64,000 nucleotides of DNA from NCBI GenBank assembly GCA_038087875.1, contig CM075987.1:17238001-17302000 (forward strand), given 5' to 3'. The number at the start of each line of letters is the position of its first letter. Position 1 is the stretch's first letter. Source of the stretch: Malacoraja senta (taxonomy: Eukaryota). Positions 61,785 to 64,000 of this stretch are shown here, piece by piece. Both the position numbers and the translations under genes were made by a program. The notes beneath the pieces are model-generated. The model worked only from the letters and a program-made list of their open reading frames with translations. It was not told the DNA's origin and ran no database searches.

Positions 61785-62405
61785 GGTCTGGTCTGGGAGG
61801 GGGTGTCTGGACCTGGGGGGTGTCTGGTCTGGGTGTGTCTGGTCTGGGGGAGGGGGGTGTATGGTCTAGGGGGTGTCCGGTCTGGGGGGGGAGTGGTGTC
61901 TGGTCTGAGGGGTGTCTGGTCTGCGGGGAGGGGGGTGTCTGGTCTGGGGGTAGTCTGGTCTGGGGGAGGGGGGGTGTCTGGTCTGGGGAGGGGGGGTGTC
62001 TGGTCTGGGGTAGGGGGTGTCTGGTCTGGGGGGGGTCTGGTCTGGGGGAGGGGGGGTGTCTGGTCGGGGGAGGGGGGTGTCTGGTCTGGGGTAGGGGGGT
62101 GTCTGGTCTGGGGGGGGTCTGGTCTGGGGGAGGGGGGGTGTCTGGTCTGGGGAGGGGGGGGTGTCTGGTCTGGGGTAGGGGGTGTCTGGTCTGGGGTAGG
62201 GGGTGTCTGGTCTGGGGTAGGGGGTGTCTGGTCTGGGGGAGGGGTTTGTCTGGTCTGGGGAGGGGGGTGTCTGGTCTGGGGGAGGGGGGTGTCTGGTCTG
62301 GGGGGGGTGTCTGGTCTGAGGGAGGGTGTCTGGTCTGGGGGAGGGGGGGTGTCTGGTCTGGGGGAGGGGGGTGTCTGGTCTGGGGGGGTGTCTGGGGGGG
62401 GGGGG
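61785..62405. repeat. G-rich minisatellite (GTCTGGTCTGGGGGAGGGGGT, ~17-23 bp)
   Basis: Visible tandem units directly inside intron 1 of the ADAM-like gene. Confidence 0.95.
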
Positions 62406-62780
62406 GCGCGTCTGGTGGTCGCCCAACCCAGGCGACGCCTCACCTGCCGGCAGGCGGTGTCCGGGCCCGGAGAGACACTGCGCTCCGCCCCGAGGGTCGG
62501 GAGCGGCCGCCATCAGCGCAGTGAGGAGGCAGCCGCCGATGGCGATGATGAGCCGGGCGCCGGGAGCGTCCATGGCGGCGCCGGGTGGGGGTGGGGGTGG
62601 GGGGGGGAGGGGGCGCGCGCCCAACCGCCAGCGCGATTCAAACGGCGGCTGCGCGGCCTCGCGCTCCCCCTCCCGCCGCGCGCACGCGCAGTGGTCCCCG
62701 CCCGCCGCCGCGCGCACGCGCAGTAGTCGCCGCCCGCGGGAGCGCGCCCCTGCGCCAGCATTTTTGCGTCCATCTTCGGT
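62400..62780 (-). promoter_or_regulatory. CpG island / promoter and 5' UTR of the ADAM-like gene
   Basis: Very GC- and CpG-rich, with CGCGCGCACGCGCAGT repeated and GC-box-like runs, in an otherwise largely CpG-depleted window. Overlaps the Kozak ATG. Confidence 0.8.
62444..62573 (-). CDS. First coding exon of a secreted or type-I membrane protein (MDAPGARLIIAIGGCLLTALMAAAPDPRGGAQCLSGPGHRLPA), probably ADAM family
   Basis: Perfect Kozak gccgccATGG in a CpG island. Hydrophobic signal-peptide-like stretch LIIAIGGCLLTALMAAA. Strong phase-1 donor GCAG|gtgagg. Confidence 0.8.
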
Positions 62781-62985
62781 GTACAAAAGGGACAGGTTGC
62801 AGGGGGGGGGGGGGTCTGCATTCTGGCGGGCAGCTTTGCCACTGCTTCACGGGTGGATTTAAACTAAATAGTGGGGTGGGAAACATTGGAAATAGAAGGA
62901 TGGAGTTAAAGGGAAAGAGAATTTAGAAAAAGTTAAGAAAGATACCAGAAATAACGGGGCAGTATATATGAATTCACGAAGTTAA
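62780..62985 (+). mobile_element. CR1 ORF1/ORF2 junction remnant
   Basis: GTACAAAAGGGAC...ATTCTGGCGGGCAGCTTTGCCACTGC...TTTAAACTAA aligns to 18450-18590. Confidence 0.8.
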
Positions 62986-62986
62986 T

Positions 62987-63201
62987 TGTAGATTGGTTAT
63001 GCATGTGATGTCAACCAATCATATATATGTTAGCATCACTAACCCCACCCCACTGTAACGTTTATACTAACATTTCCGGCACTGCTCAGTTCGAGCAGCA
63101 GTTAGGATGTTCTGACAACTAACCATCCTCTATGCTGTTAAAGTTACTATGCTGATTAAAGATGACTTTGGATCATATAGTGTGTGTCACCCATATCTAC
63201 A
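62987..63201 (+). mobile_element. 5' LTR of a Gypsy-type retrotransposon
   Basis: TGTAGAT...ATCTACA terminal inverted ends, TATATA and ATTAAA motifs, immediately followed by a PBS. Confidence 0.85.
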
Positions 63202-63219
63202 TGGTCTCAGAAGTGGGAT
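63202..63219 (+). promoter_or_regulatory. Primer-binding site (tRNA-Leu)
   Basis: TGGTCTCAGAAGTGGGAT matches the complement of the tRNA-Leu(CAA) 3' end, TGGTGTCAGAAGTGGGAT, at 17 of 18 positions (recalled). Confidence 0.8.
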
Positions 63220-63280
63220 GACCCACTTCCTCCTGTATATCGTTTTTTATTTTCTTTTGTGAGTTTTCTTTTGTTTTATG

Positions 63281-64000
63281 ATGGCTTCCTCTTGTCGAAA
63301 GCCTGCTCCGCTTGTCTTTGACGCAGACATCGGTGAACGTTGGGCAACGTTTGAAATTGATTACTGACACTACATGAACATCGCACACCGAAATGAAATA
63401 GACGCTGTCAAAGCCTCCCTTCTACTTAACCTCGCGGGTCCAGATGCCCTTCGACGACCCAGAACATTCCGCTATGCTCCGCTGTCCTCGATGCCAACAA
63501 CCTGGTAATAACCCCAGCTGAATCTGCTGACGACCCCAATGTTTTGCTACGTAAACTTAGCCAGATCTGTGACCTGCCCTCCAATCACATTTTAGACAGG
63601 GCAAGGTTCTTCTCTCGTCAACAGCTCCCTGGCGAACGAGTAGAGTTGTTTATCTCAGATTTGATGTATATGGCCCAGCGCTGCCGATTCGAGAATATGA
63701 CTGACCAGTTAACGAGGGACATTTTAGTGACTGGTATGAGCGACCAAAAGCTCAGATCTGAACTTCTGCATAAGCCAGATTTAACCCTTGACGAAGCTGC
63801 TCATGCTTGCCGAACAGCAGAATTTATTGAACCACTAGACAGTCCACACGGAACCCAAACCAAATCCATTAATCAGACAGGCCTCACCAGGCAGCGAGCA
63901 AAGACAGATAACAGGCGATTTATGACCCAAGCAAGCCAGGCAGTTTACAGCGAGCCTCCTAAAAAGTGTTCCAATTGCAATTACTTGCACCAGAGGCAAT
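63281..64000 (+). pseudogene. Disrupted Gypsy (Mag-like) gag, running off the window
   Basis: MASSCRKPAPLVFDADIGERW..., TGA at 63365, a frameshift near 63480, then FFSRQQLPGERVELFISDL...LRSELLHKPDLTLDEA and the start of a CxxC knuckle. Confidence 0.85.

Noticed and set aside
47132..62573. A single fused gene (signal-peptide exons spliced to FBXO41)
   Set aside because: The exon at 57962 ends in phase 0 while the exon at 47342 needs phase 2. An assembly gap intervenes, and FBXO41 has no signal peptide.
60899..62786. Long Pro-rich and Gly-rich ORFs (514, 417, 306 aa)
   Set aside because: They are stop-free readings of G-rich minisatellites. Only 62444-62573 has start and splice signals.

Overview
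Repeat-dense vertebrate genomic DNA. The CR1/HER1-like LINEs and HE1/V-SINEs suggest a cartilaginous fish such as a skate or ray (inference). Two host genes are visible, both on the minus strand. (1) Six internal coding exons of FBXO41 (47342 down to 6652) have canonical GT-AG sites and consistent phases, and encode the coiled-coil end, the F-box and the start of the LRR-like region. I found no 5' exons, and the 3' exons lie beyond base 1. (2) Beyond a 200-N assembly gap (57584-57783) lie a CpG island and the first two coding exons of a signal-peptide protein resembling an ADAM metalloprotease prodomain (ADAM33/12/19-like, tentative). The rest is transposon-derived: three long CR1 copies (one nearly full length), many nested CR1 fragments, L1, Tx1, L2, Rex/Babar and RTE-like pieces, three PIF/Harbinger MITEs with TAA target duplications, the 5' end of a Gypsy LTR element, minisatellites, and many Penelope-type repeats carrying minimal hammerhead-ribozyme motifs. 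The most notable observations are intronic hammerhead motifs in inverted pairs (one beside an FBXO41 splice donor), ORF1 module swapping among CR1 copies that share one ORF2, a ~230-bp foldback hairpin, and two incomplete genes meeting at the gap. I found no clearly novel protein-coding system. Repeat boundaries are approximate unless stated.
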